From positions 30,542 through 94,541 of the forward strand of contig JBILHA010000002.1 of NCBI GenBank assembly GCA_044350705.1: a stretch of 64,000 nt of DNA, given 5' to 3'. This DNA comes from Candidatus Kapaibacterium sp. (lineage in GTDB: Bacteria > Patescibacteriota > Patescibacteriia > UBA9934). Shown piece by piece: positions 9,734 through 19,052 of this stretch; the stretch's first letter is position 1; each line of letters begins with the position of its first letter. A program made the position numbers and the translations under genes. The notes beneath the pieces are model-generated. The model worked only from the letters and a program-made list of their open reading frames with translations, was not told the origin of the DNA and did no database searches.

Positions 9734-10861
9734 TTATACGACAAGTTCCTTCTGGGATTTTGAAACATTCAACACCACCCCCACGGCGGTCATCGCAATG
9801 GCGAGGGCCGTTCCTCCATAGCTCACAAACGGGAGAGGCACCCCCGTAATTGGAAGAAGAGCGACCATTGCTCCGATATTTACAAAGGCTTGAATCCCTA
9901 ACCATGCCATGACTCCTACGACGAGATAGGTTCCAAAGGTGTCCGGCGCACGTTCCGCAATAACGAGCCCACGAAACAGCATGGCGACATACAAAATCAC
10001 GAATGCCGAAGTAAGCACAAAACCTAGCTCTTCTGCGATGACCGCAAAAATACTATCTCCTGCCACTTCAGGAAGATATTGAAACTTTTGCAGACTGTGC
10101 CCATACCCTCTTCCTAAAAATCCTCCTGATCCGACCGCAAGGAGCGCCTGATTGATCTGATAGCCTGATCCTTGCTTATCAAGCTCCGGATGAAGAAAGG
10201 CGGTAAGACGCTCCGCGCGGTACGGGGATATGGTAAATAGTAACCAAAGCAATGCCGCTCCCGCTATTCCAAAAAATGCAAAATACTTGAGCGGAGCACC
10301 TGCAACAAAATAGACTGCCAGTGCCATCATGACGATAATTCCCATGGTTCCTGTATCTGGCTGCAAAAGGAGGAGCACCATAATAGCCCCCAATACTACA
10401 AGAAATGGAAGCAATCCCTTTGTAGCATCTTTTACGTTCTTTCCCATGGATCCTTCAAGCCAGGCGGCAAGATAGATAAGGAACGTGAATTTTACGAGTT
10501 CGGACGGTTGAAAGGAAAACAGACCGAGAGAGATCCAACTTCTCGAGCCCTTAATTTCGATCCCTAATCCGGGAACAAAAACGATGAGAAGGAGCAGGAG
10601 CGAGATTCCGAGCATGGGGAGTGCAAACTTTCTGTAGGACTGATGAGGCACAAGATATGCAACCGTGAAGCCTACCAATCCGGGAAGTACCCCGAAAAGC
10701 AACTGACGCGCGAGGAAGTAATACCCATTTCCATGGAAGCGATCAAAACCGAGCGGCCAAGAAGCTGATGCAAGCATGAGCAGGCCGAACACAAGCACTC
10801 CCGCAAAGAGTAGTGCAAAGATTTTATCTCCCGCAACATGCATTCCTCCAGAGCCACGCAT
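9734..10861 (-). CDS. ftsW: SEDS-family peptidoglycan glycosyltransferase FtsW
   Basis: 375 aa, ~10 TM; conserved LPEVAGDSIFAVIAEELGF and LPITGVPLPFVSYGGTA blocks of FtsW/RodA; located between mraY and murG. Confidence 0.85.
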   Translation of the reverse strand: MRGSGGMHVAGDKIFALLFAGVLVFGLLMLASASWPLGFDRFHGNGYYFLARQLLFGVLPGLVGFTVAYLVPHQSYRKFALPMLGISLLLLLIVFVPGLGIEIKGSRSWISLGLFSFQPSELVKFTFLIYLAAWLEGSMGKNVKDATKGLLPFLVVLGAIMVLLLLQPDTGTMGIIVMMALAVYFVAGAPLKYFAFFGIAGAALLWLLFTISPYRAERLTAFLHPELDKQGSGYQINQALLAVGSGGFLGRGYGHSLQKFQYLPEVAGDSIFAVIAEELGFVLTSAFVILYVAMLFRGLVIAERAPDTFGTYLVVGVMAWLGIQAFVNIGAMVALLPITGVPLPFVSYGGTALAIAMTAVGVVLNVSKSQKELVV

Positions 10862-10866
10862 ATTTT

Positions 10867-11925
10867 TTATTGCGTGAGAAAGCCGTAATCAATAAATGCG
10901 AGCGCAAGACCAATACCCGCCCCCATCCAACTCAATACCCAAAAGCGCATGACCACTTTCGGTTCAGGCCATCCTTTGGCTTCAAAGTGGTGATGAATAG
11001 GCGCAATGAGAAATACCTTTTTCTTAAAGATTTTTTTTGATCCAATTTGGATAAACGTGGTGAGCGCCTCCGCGACAAAGACAATACCGATGATCGGCAA
11101 GAGAAATGCAGCGTTTGTGAGCATGGCCACTACTCCAAGCGTTACTCCCAAGCTCATCGCGCCTGTATCTCCCATGATAAAACGGGCGGGGTAGATATTG
11201 AACCAGAGGAAAGCAAGAATCGTTCCCACGATCACTGCACAAAATGCAGCCAAGTCCACTCTCCCCTGCATGAGTGCAATGACCGCGTATGCCGCAAACG
11301 CGGTTGCAAGGGTACCCCCCGCAAGTCCATCCAATCCGTCCGTTTGGTTTACCGAGAATGAAGTCGCCACAATAACCGCAACAAAAAACGGAACATACAA
11401 CCACCCCATGAATATGTCTCCGTAGAGCGGAAGATGGAGCGTATCCCAGCCAAGCTTTACATAGAACCACCAAGCCCCCACCAAGGCAATCAGGGTGTAC
11501 AGCACGAGACGATGAGAGATGCGGATTCCTCCTCCGTGAGGACCTATTTTGTAAATATTGAAAATATCGTCAGCTACCCCTACTCCACCTGCAATAATCA
11601 ACGCCGCCAGAGGGAGCCAAGTCTGAGATCGTGAGAAAAAGTTGAGTTGCGCAAGCGTACTTCCTGGCTCAAGCCACGCAATTCCTGCAAAGAGCAGCGC
11701 GATGAAGCCTGTTGTCACCCACATGAGGAGACCGCCCATAGTTGGTACGCCGGCCTTCTTTTTATGAAGCTCGGCAAACATGGGCGCCGTGACCGCACTT
11801 CGGATACTCTTTCCTAAGCGGTATTTGTATAAAAAATGCGTCAACGCAGGAGTCCATGCGATGGCGAGAATAAATCCAAGTGTTGAAAGGATAAGTAATT
11901 TTGAGAGTGCGAAAGCATCAACCAT
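10867..11925 (-). CDS. mraY: Phospho-N-acetylmuramoyl-pentapeptide transferase MraY
   Basis: Start at ATG 11925 (MVDAFALSKLLIL; the track ORF begins at an upstream TTG); conserved MraY blocks ADDIFNIYK, NQTDGLDGLAGG, PIHHHFEAKGW. Confidence 0.9.
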   Translation of the reverse strand: MVDAFALSKLLILSTLGFILAIAWTPALTHFLYKYRLGKSIRSAVTAPMFAELHKKKAGVPTMGGLLMWVTTGFIALLFAGIAWLEPGSTLAQLNFFSRSQTWLPLAALIIAGGVGVADDIFNIYKIGPHGGGIRISHRLVLYTLIALVGAWWFYVKLGWDTLHLPLYGDIFMGWLYVPFFVAVIVATSFSVNQTDGLDGLAGGTLATAFAAYAVIALMQGRVDLAAFCAVIVGTILAFLWFNIYPARFIMGDTGAMSLGVTLGVVAMLTNAAFLLPIIGIVFVAEALTTFIQIGSKKIFKKKVFLIAPIHHHFEAKGWPEPKVVMRFWVLSWMGAGIGLALAFIDYGFLTQ

Positions 11926-12328
11926 ATGCAATATTAATAAGCACGATACGCACCAGCGCAATCAGCGAGAGAACGCCTACGAAGAGCGTGGCCGTCCAGG
12001 CGGCAAGCGCGAGCATGGTTCTTTTTTTCAGGAGCGTTGCAGCTACCAGACCATTCACCAATGCAATCACGAGCGCAGCCGTAGAGACTTCAAACAACAT
12101 CCACCACGGACCAAATGCATCAATACCTACATAGATGTTGTAGTGCAGGGGAACGCTGTCTCTTCCGTACACCAGAGGGAGGATTCGCCAGCTTAAGAGC
12201 GCCAAACCAAGGAGCCAACAGATCCCAAAAACTACCGTAGACGCCTTACGCACGACGGGAAGCAGTTCTTCTTCAATGACCGGTTGTTGTTTATTTGCTG
12301 CCACAAGGTTTTCCTTATTGTACCGCAC
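11918..12328 (-). CDS. Hypothetical small polytopic membrane protein
   Basis: 136 aa ORF (GTG start) with four hydrophobic segments; overlaps the mraY start by 8 nt; no family recognised. May be shorter or non-coding. Confidence 0.3.
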   Translation of the reverse strand: MRYNKENLVAANKQQPVIEEELLPVVRKASTVVFGICWLLGLALLSWRILPLVYGRDSVPLHYNIYVGIDAFGPWWMLFEVSTAALVIALVNGLVAATLLKKRTMLALAAWTATLFVGVLSLIALVRIVLINIAYG

Positions 12329-12542
12329 GCACTGATCGTACTTGAGGAATCGCGCGTACCAAAGCTGTTTCTACACCTTCTTTTAACGTAATCTCTGCTA
12401 ATCCACAGCCTACGCATGTTCCCAAAAGACGCACTACCACCTCTCCCGTCTGTTCGTTGCAAGATACGAGCTCGATACCTCCCGCATGGAGTTTTAGCGC
12501 TGTTTCTACGGTTTTTAATACCTCTCGCACCTGTTCTTCCAT
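12315..12542 (-). CDS. NifU-like (Nfu-type) Fe-S cluster domain protein
   Basis: Start at ATG 12542 (MEEQVREVLKTVETALKLHAGGIELVSCNEQTGEVVVRLLGTCVGCGLAEITLKEGVETALVRAIPQV) matches the NifU C-terminal domain pattern with CxxC. Confidence 0.7.
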   Translation of the reverse strand: MEEQVREVLKTVETALKLHAGGIELVSCNEQTGEVVVRLLGTCVGCGLAEITLKEGVETALVRAIPQVRSVRAVQ

Positions 12543-12639
12543 ATGGGGATAGGGTACCTTGTTCCCCTTGACGTTCACAAGGGTTTTTGGTACTCTTTTC
12601 CACGTTTCCAGCGAATGCTGGCCGAATTCTTTACTTTCT

Positions 12640-12912
12640 ATGGCACATAAATTAGCCCAAGGCTCCACACGAAACGGCCGCGATTCGCAGGCCAAGCGCC
12701 TCGGCGTCAAGCGCGCTGATGGTCAAGCAGTTACCACAGGACAGATTATCGTCCGTCAACGTGGTACCAAAGTCCACCCCGGTAAAAACGTTGGCGTGGG
12801 CGCAGACTACACTCTCTTCGCAATGAAGGATGGCGTCGTCAAGTTCGCAAAGCGCAAGTCTCCCAACTTCGTTGGCGCGCTCAAACTCCGCACCTACGTT
12901 TCCGTGGTGTAA
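12640..12912 (+). CDS. rpmA: 50S ribosomal protein L27
   Basis: [69 protein letters not shown]: canonical L27. The track ORF is extended upstream from 12559; true ATG at 12640. Confidence 0.9.
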   Translation: MAHKLAQGSTRNGRDSQAKRLGVKRADGQAVTTGQIIVRQRGTKVHPGKNVGVGADYTLFAMKDGVVKFAKRKSPNFVGALKLRTYVSVV

Positions 12913-12951
12913 AAAAATCGACTCTCATACGAGAGTCGATTTTTTTATTTC
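12913..12951. terminator. Bidirectional rho-independent terminator between convergent rpmA and rplI
   Basis: A7 tcgactctc atac gagagtcga T7: 9-bp perfect stem flanked by A and T runs. Confidence 0.7.
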
Positions 12952-12959
12952 CTCTTTCG

Positions 12960-13388
12960 CTACCCTTCAGGCAATGCTTCTGCAATTACGGTCATCGTTG
13001 CTTCAAAACCTGTGGGGAATTCTAAGAGCACCTCGTGTGTTCCCGGCTCAGTGATGGGCGCCATCTTAATGACATCAAACCCCACCTTATATCCCATTTC
13101 TTTGAGTGAAGCCCGCACATCTTTGTAAGAAATGGGTTGCGCAAATTTTCCCTTTTTCATCTTTCCTGCAATAACCACTTCGAGGCCATCAAGTTCTCCT
13201 GCAAGCTGCTCATCTTCTCGCTCCTCTTTCGAGGTCTTTTTTACCTCTTCTTCTTTGGGAGGACCACCTGCGTTTTCAAATGCCAAATGTTGCGGAAACA
13301 AAAAGTTTACCGCGTATCCTTCCGGAACCTCCACCGTCGCCCCCGCGGGGCCGATGGAGCTGACATCTTCTGTAAGGGTAACCCACAT
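12960..13388 (-). CDS. rplI: 50S ribosomal protein L9
   Basis: MWVTLTEDVSSIGPAGATVEVPEGYAVNFLFPQHLA matches the L9 N-domain (MxViLxxDV..G..GdvV.V..GYARNFL.P); C-domain present. Confidence 0.85.
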   Translation of the reverse strand: MWVTLTEDVSSIGPAGATVEVPEGYAVNFLFPQHLAFENAGGPPKEEEVKKTSKEEREDEQLAGELDGLEVVIAGKMKKGKFAQPISYKDVRASLKEMGYKVGFDVIKMAPITEPGTHEVLLEFPTGFEATMTVIAEALPEG

Positions 13389-13903
13389 AAGCGCAATGCT
13401 TTCTTTATTATACCAACCATATCACGATAGCTTGACCGGGACAGGAGCTCGCTTGCAGAAACCCATGCTACTCCCCGAATCGTTTCACCCTGTTCTTGTG
13501 GTTTTGGAGGGCGAATTGTCGCATCTGGAGGTGCCTCGAAGAGAAAATAGTAGATGTATTTGTGGATAAGCATCCCTTTATGCACGAACCGATCGCGGAA
13601 CCAGATATCAATATGATCGAGCTTTGCGACGTACCTGAGATTACCTAACCCCATTTCTTCACGAATTTCCCTAATCGCTGTTTGACGATAGCGCTCTCCT
13701 GGCCGCACATGCCCCTTGGGAAAGGCCCATTTTCCGTACGAATCAATAACCATCGCAAACTGCAGGCCATCTTTCGTGCGACGAAAAACGAGGCCTCCGG
13801 CGGAGACTTCGTTTTTATGACGCTCTCGTTCACCCTCATTTCGTCGTGAGGAAACGGATCGCCGCGTCGAGTTGGGGGTCGAGGTTTGCATGGTAGTCGT
13901 CAA
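13307..13903 (-). CDS. NUDIX hydrolase
   Basis: Nudix box GHVRPGERYRQTAIREIREEMGL (GX5EX7REUXEEXGU). The ORF overlaps rplI by 82 nt at its 3' end and ctpA by ~68 nt at its 5' end, so start/stop are uncertain. Confidence 0.65.
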   Translation of the reverse strand: MTTTMQTSTPNSTRRSVSSRRNEGERERHKNEVSAGGLVFRRTKDGLQFAMVIDSYGKWAFPKGHVRPGERYRQTAIREIREEMGLGNLRYVAKLDHIDIWFRDRFVHKGMLIHKYIYYFLFEAPPDATIRPPKPQEQGETIRGVAWVSASELLSRSSYRDMVGIIKKALRLCGLPLQKMSAPSAPRGRRWRFRKDTR

Positions 13904-15095
13904 GCGTTCGAGTTACTTCCTGATCTGGCGCGATACCTTCCTTATCAATCGAACGACCCTTTGGGGTGAGCCAACGAGCAACTGTAATTTTTACCGCGCC
14001 TCCATCAGGCAGCTCTTGGTACTCCTGCACACTTCCCTTTCCAAAGGTTTGTTCACCGATAACGGTGGCATATCCATAATCTTGCAATGCTCCCGCAAAA
14101 ATTTCCGATGCGGAGGCACTACCTCCGTTCACGAGCACAACGGTAGGCACATCTGCAAAACGACCATCGCCGTCTCCGGCAAATTCTGTACGCTCACCGC
14201 GAATTTCTTCCTGCATGACCGTATTGCTTCCCGTCCAGTACCCCGCAAGTGCAATTGCGGCCTCAAGGTATCCTCCAGGATTATTTCGCATGTCAACAAT
14301 AATACCCTTAACGTTTGCTGCTTCAAGCGTATCCGCTGCCTCTCCAAAACTTGCAATCGTATCATCGCCAAACATACTTACCTCAACTACTCCGATGCCG
14401 TCCGGACGAATCGTCGTTTTTACGCTTTCAATACGAATTTCATCACGCGTTATCGTTACCGTACGCGCCTCGGTTTCTCCAGCACCAAGCAAGGTAAGCG
14501 TCACATCCGTTCCCTTTTCTCCACGGATTATCCCTACCGCTTGTGAAACCGTCATGCCGAGCGTATCGGTTCCATCGATGGCAAGAATAGCGTCCCCCGC
14601 TCGTACTCCCGCACGTTCTGCAGGGGTATCAGAGATGGGAGCGACAACGACAAGTCCTCCGGTATCATTCAGCCCAAGTTCGGCGCCAATGCCAAAGAAA
14701 GAACCGGAAAGTTCTTGAGAAAATTCTTCGGCCATTTTGGGAGTAAAGTACGCAGAATATGGATCGTTCAATCCATACATGAGGCCCTGAAGGGCACCTT
14801 CAAAAAGATCCTGGTCGGAAACCGGCTGGTCAACATACCGTTCACGTACCAAGCTCCACACTTGCCAAAAAAGTTCAAAGTCAACATCTGCCGCAATGTC
14901 CGCCGGTACGGTCACCGTGGTGCCAAAAATTCCTTCCGCCTGAACATTTCCTAAGAAGTCAGGACCCTTTCCGTACAGATATCCCCCAAAAAAGAGTGCG
15001 CCCGCAGCGCCTAAACCGAGAAAGACTTTCACCGGCATCCACAGCGCCCGCCACGACGTGTCGGGGGTTGTAGCCATATGAGGAAAGTGTACCAT
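13836..15095 (-). CDS. ctpA: Carboxyl-terminal processing protease (S41 family, PDZ domain)
   Basis: 419 aa; N-terminal TM/signal, PDZ (GDAILAIDGTDTLGMTVSQAVGIIRG), S41 motifs GIIVDMRNNPGGYL and LVNGGSASASEIFAGALQDYGYATVIGEQTFGKGSVQ. Confidence 0.9.
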   Translation of the reverse strand: MVHFPHMATTPDTSWRALWMPVKVFLGLGAAGALFFGGYLYGKGPDFLGNVQAEGIFGTTVTVPADIAADVDFELFWQVWSLVRERYVDQPVSDQDLFEGALQGLMYGLNDPYSAYFTPKMAEEFSQELSGSFFGIGAELGLNDTGGLVVVAPISDTPAERAGVRAGDAILAIDGTDTLGMTVSQAVGIIRGEKGTDVTLTLLGAGETEARTVTITRDEIRIESVKTTIRPDGIGVVEVSMFGDDTIASFGEAADTLEAANVKGIIVDMRNNPGGYLEAAIALAGYWTGSNTVMQEEIRGERTEFAGDGDGRFADVPTVVLVNGGSASASEIFAGALQDYGYATVIGEQTFGKGSVQEYQELPDGGAVKITVARWLTPKGRSIDKEGIAPDQEVTRTLDDYHANLDPQLDAAIRFLTTK

Positions 15096-15226
15096 ACGGA
15101 GCAGCGAAAGAAAAGCGGGTATTATATAGTGACTTAGGGAGATTTATATCACCGGCATGCAACGACCAAACCTCAAAACTCTCCCAAAATTTCCTGCGCC
15201 CCTCTCTCATCCATCCTCCACTATCT

Positions 15227-16195
15227 ATGCTTTCTTACGCAGCACGCAAAGCCCTTTTCTTCCTCTTTGTCGGCATCTTTCTCGTGTCTGCTCCGCTCGT
15301 TGTTCTCTATACGGCCGGATACCGATTCAACCGAAATAATAATACTGTCCTCCAGACCGGAACACTCGCCATCGCGAGCGTTCCTCGAGGCGCAAGCACC
15401 TTCATTAACGGCGAAGATATTCGCGACGCTACTCCCGCCGTTCTTCAACGTCTTTCTACGGGTACTCGGACCGTCCGTCTCGTGAAAGAGGGCTATCACC
15501 CCTGGGAACGTACCGTCTCAGTTCAAAGTGGCGCAACAACCTATGTTACGGCGCCGCTTTTCCTGCAGGAGGATGCTCTCCCTCTTCAGCCCAATACTGC
15601 CGCATGGAACCGCGCACAAACCGCTCGTCTCATTGAAGAAGTTATCCTCCCCGAGAACATCCGCCTTACTCCTACCTCTGCAGGCGTAGAAGTGTATCTT
15701 GATTCGCTCACGAACTCTACGTTCCTCACGCTGCTTCCTACAGATAGCTATACTCCCTTCATTGTCGGTGACCAAGATCTCTTTGTGAAAAATAGCAAAG
15801 GAGAGGTCTTTGTTCTTTCTCTGACCCGAGCGCAAGCCGTCCAATCTTTAGGGAAAAATGTGATCGCATACGCGTGGGAGGAAAAAGAACGGCTTTTTGC
15901 CTGGACCGATGGACTTGAAGTTCGCACCTTCTCTCCTAGCAACAACAGCCAGGAACTCATTACTCGCCAAGGCGACCCCATCTCTGCACTCACCTTTGCG
16001 CATAATGGCGAAAGTCTGATTCTTGCGTCAGCTCAGGGACTCCTTGGTATTGATTTGACCTCCTACACCGACGGCCGTCTTCATACCACCCTCTTTTCTT
16101 TCTCTGAGCCTATGGAAGCATGGTTCTCGGAGGATGGAAGCACTGCTTATCTCGCGACCACATCCTCCTTCTCTTCTCTTCCTCTTACTCCATAG
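15227..16195 (+). CDS. PEGA-domain membrane-anchored protein
   Basis: N-terminal TM; ASVPRGASTFINGEDIRDATPAVLQRLSTGTRTVRLVKEGYHPWERTVSVQSGATTYVTAPL fits the PEGA domain pattern; remainder uncharacterised. Confidence 0.55.
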   Translation: MLSYAARKALFFLFVGIFLVSAPLVVLYTAGYRFNRNNNTVLQTGTLAIASVPRGASTFINGEDIRDATPAVLQRLSTGTRTVRLVKEGYHPWERTVSVQSGATTYVTAPLFLQEDALPLQPNTAAWNRAQTARLIEEVILPENIRLTPTSAGVEVYLDSLTNSTFLTLLPTDSYTPFIVGDQDLFVKNSKGEVFVLSLTRAQAVQSLGKNVIAYAWEEKERLFAWTDGLEVRTFSPSNNSQELITRQGDPISALTFAHNGESLILASAQGLLGIDLTSYTDGRLHTTLFSFSEPMEAWFSEDGSTAYLATTSSFSSLPLTP

Positions 16196-16203
16196 TTTCA
16201 CTT

Positions 16204-17298
16204 ATGCATGCTCCTCGGATAGCGGTTATTTACCTTTCGTTTCACTGCGATCCGTATCTTCCCGATCTCATTCCCTCTCTCGAGAAGGTGACGTACCCCA
16301 AAGATCGCTGGGCGCTCGTTATTCCTGACAATCCACACCCTACTCATGGTCTTTCCATGTCCATTCTTGAAAAGGAAGTTCTTGCGCGTTCAGAAAAAAG
16401 TCTCCCTCGAGTTATTCTTCTTCCCCAAGAAAAGAATCTTGGGTTTTCTGGAGGAAATAATGCAGGTATCCGATGGGCGCAAGAACATGGCTATGACTAT
16501 GTGTATCTTCTCAACAACGACGCTCTTCCTGAGCAAGGATTTCTCGAACCCCTCGTTGATGCGATTGAGAAGGATCAAAGCATTGGCTGCGCTCAGTCGC
16601 TTATTACGCTTTATCCGCGTACTGATTTACTGAATACCAACGGGAATGCGTATCACTTCTTAGGATTCGGCTATTCAAACGGATATCTTACTTCGCGCGA
16701 TCAGCAGATGGATCCTGTCTTCCCCATCAATTATGCGAGCGGCGCGGGAGTACTTCTTCGTGTCGATCTTTTGCAGAAATATGGTCTTTGGGATGAAGAT
16801 TTCTGGATGTACCATGAAGATCTCGAATATTCTCTTCGACTGAAGATGCACGGATACTCGGTCGTCTGCGTGAGAGATTCGGTTATTGGGCATAAGTACG
16901 AATTCTCTCGCAGTATTACGAAGTTTCAATTCATGGAGCGCAATCGTTATGCGACATTACTCATGTTTTACAAGACTCCTACCCTTCTTCTCCTCCTCCC
17001 TGCTCTCTTGGGAGTTGAACTTGCCATGCTCTTTTTTGCCTGGAAGGGAGGATGGTTTGAGCAGAAGATGCTCGCGTATAAAGCGTGGCTTCACAAAGAT
17101 TTTTGGCATATCTGGCTCGCAAAAAGAAAGCGCATTCAGGCTACTCGCAAAATCTCTGACCGCACCCTCCTCAAAGAATCGACCGTTGGGGAAATTCTTT
17201 TTCAAGAAGCGTCCGCGAGTTCACCGATTGTGAGATACGTTGCGAATCCTGTTCTTGGCCTCTATCGCCGCATCCTCATCTTCTTGGTGCAGTGGTAA
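16204..17298 (+). CDS. Glycosyltransferase family 2
   Basis: Start ATG 16204 (MHAPRIAVIYLSFH); GT-A features: DxD-like NNDA, FSGGNNAGI, then a C-terminal TM region; 8 nt after the PEGA gene stop. Confidence 0.8.
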   Translation: MHAPRIAVIYLSFHCDPYLPDLIPSLEKVTYPKDRWALVIPDNPHPTHGLSMSILEKEVLARSEKSLPRVILLPQEKNLGFSGGNNAGIRWAQEHGYDYVYLLNNDALPEQGFLEPLVDAIEKDQSIGCAQSLITLYPRTDLLNTNGNAYHFLGFGYSNGYLTSRDQQMDPVFPINYASGAGVLLRVDLLQKYGLWDEDFWMYHEDLEYSLRLKMHGYSVVCVRDSVIGHKYEFSRSITKFQFMERNRYATLLMFYKTPTLLLLLPALLGVELAMLFFAWKGGWFEQKMLAYKAWLHKDFWHIWLAKRKRIQATRKISDRTLLKESTVGEILFQEASASSPIVRYVANPVLGLYRRILIFLVQW

Positions 17299-17304
17299 AC
17301 AAAA

Positions 17305-17329
17305 AAGACTCTTGAGCGAGTCTTTTTTG
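17305..17329. terminator. Bidirectional rho-independent terminator between GT2 (+) and rmlA (-)
   Basis: aaaaaagactc ttgagc gagtctttttt: 7-bp stem flanked by an A-run and a T-run. Confidence 0.7.
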
Positions 17330-17330
17330 T

Positions 17331-18194
17331 TTAGGCTTCCAACAGAGAGCGCAGATAGTTTCCGTATCCACTCTTCATGTACGGCTCCGCAAGCTTTTCG
17401 AGCTGCGCGTCGGTGATAAACCCTTCACGCCACGCAACTTCTTCAATACATCCCACTTTTAATCCGGTGCGCTGCTGAATGACTTCAACAAAGTTTGCCG
17501 CATCGTGCATCGCCTCAAATGTTCCCGTATCAAGCCATGCCGTGCCTCGGCCAAGAAGCGATACCTTCAGCTTTTCTTTTTTGCGATATTCGTCAAGAAC
17601 GCTCACGATTTCTATTTCTCCGCGATGACTCGGTTGAACCTGTTTTGCAATTGCTACCACCTCATTGTCGGTAAAGTACAAGCCTGCATTTGCGTAACTA
17701 CTCTTCGGCTTTTCTGGCTTCTCTTCAATGGAGAGAACGTTCATGTTCGCATCAAATTCGTATACTCCATAGCGCTGAGGGTCTTTTACCCGAGCTGCAA
17801 ATGCTACCGCGCCATCAACCTTGCGGTATTGTTTGAGCGTCTGTCCCATATCTGCTCCATGAAACAAGTTATCCCCCAAAATCATTCCCACCGAATCGTT
17901 TCCGATAAATTGTTCTCCAACGATATACGCATCAGCAAGACCCCGAGGCTCTTCTTGAACCGCATAGGAAAACGTACATCCAAGTCGCGATCCATCGCCA
18001 AGCAATTCTTCAAAGCGAGAAAGATCTTTTGGTGTAGAAATAATGAGTATTTCTCGAATGCCTGCAAGCATGAGGGTTGAGAGCGGATAGTAAATCATCG
18101 GCTTGTCGTAAACGGGAACAAGCTGCTTGATGACTCCTTGTGTAATAGGATACAGGCGGGTTCCTGAACCCCCTGCGAGAACAATTCCTTTCAT
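17331..18194 (-). CDS. rmlA: Glucose-1-phosphate thymidylyltransferase RmlA
   Basis: MKGIVLAGGSGTRLYPIT...; LGDNLF; C-terminal RmlA oligomerisation region; 287 aa. Confidence 0.95.
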   Translation of the reverse strand: MKGIVLAGGSGTRLYPITQGVIKQLVPVYDKPMIYYPLSTLMLAGIREILIISTPKDLSRFEELLGDGSRLGCTFSYAVQEEPRGLADAYIVGEQFIGNDSVGMILGDNLFHGADMGQTLKQYRKVDGAVAFAARVKDPQRYGVYEFDANMNVLSIEEKPEKPKSSYANAGLYFTDNEVVAIAKQVQPSHRGEIEIVSVLDEYRKKEKLKVSLLGRGTAWLDTGTFEAMHDAANFVEVIQQRTGLKVGCIEEVAWREGFITDAQLEKLAEPYMKSGYGNYLRSLLEA

Positions 18195-18199
18195 ATTCT

Positions 18200-19045
18200 T
18201 TATCCCTGGGAATTTTTCTCAGCAAACTTTTTCACCGTATCAAGAACCGCCTCTTGTACCGGTCGCATCGTGATTCCAAATTCTGACAAACGCTCTGACG
18301 CAAGGAAATTATTTGAACGCCCCTTTGTTGCAAGACCTTGCGCAACTAATTCTTCGTTTGAAATCCATTCACACGCGTGTGAAGGATCAACCATTTCTTT
18401 ATAAAGCCCGAGGATCTCTCGGTGTTTAATCGTTCCTGGATTTGTAACATGGAAGAATCCGGTCGCTTTCTTTTCCATGAGCTTGTAGAAGACATCGACC
18501 ATATCGTCTATCACGGTTATTGAATTCTCTACATCAATGACCTTCGGATATTTTGCGAGCTTCTCTAAAAGATTTCCCGGATTTGACGCGTGATCAATAG
18601 GCATGCGGATGCGTGCGATCCCTACATGAGGGAGCGTTGATAAGGCAAGATCTGCCGCCCATTTGGTGCGGCTATACGTTGCACTTGGATTTCCAAAATC
18701 ATTTTCTCGCCATGCTTGATCTGGATGCTGGGATGGGCCATAAAAAATGCACCCTGATCCCATATGAAGCATATAAACTCCTCTTTCTTGGCACGCGAAA
18801 GCAACCCAAAGCGGAACCATCACATTTCCTTCAATCGTTTCTCGCTGATGAGATTCACACCAGTCCACATTTGGTGTTCCCTTTACTCCAATGGTGCATA
18901 GTACCGCATCGGGCTTCACGCGATCGATCTCCTGCAGCGCAGATTCAACCGAAGTAATGCGCACCTCAGAAAGTACCGCTTCATCTCCCCATGCCGTCGC
19001 ACATCGATTTCCTAAATACCCTTTTCCAAAGATGAGAATTTTCAT
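18200..19045 (-). CDS. NAD(P)-dependent sugar-nucleotide reductase, dTDP-4-dehydrorhamnose reductase (RmlD)-like
   Basis: Start ATG 19045 (MKILIFGKGYLGNRCA, Rossmann GxGxxG); catalytic YxxxK as YSRTK; ~282 aa, typical RmlD size; lies between rmlA and rmlB. Confidence 0.55.
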   Translation of the reverse strand: MKILIFGKGYLGNRCATAWGDEAVLSEVRITSVESALQEIDRVKPDAVLCTIGVKGTPNVDWCESHQRETIEGNVMVPLWVAFACQERGVYMLHMGSGCIFYGPSQHPDQAWRENDFGNPSATYSRTKWAADLALSTLPHVGIARIRMPIDHASNPGNLLEKLAKYPKVIDVENSITVIDDMVDVFYKLMEKKATGFFHVTNPGTIKHREILGLYKEMVDPSHACEWISNEELVAQGLATKGRSNNFLASERLSEFGITMRPVQEAVLDTVKKFAEKNSQG

Positions 19046-19052
19046 ACAAGTA

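Noticed and set aside
12232-12603. Minus ORF 12232-12603 (123 aa)
   Set aside because: It overlaps the NifU-like gene in another frame and runs into the rpmA leader; Arg-rich, with no family signal.
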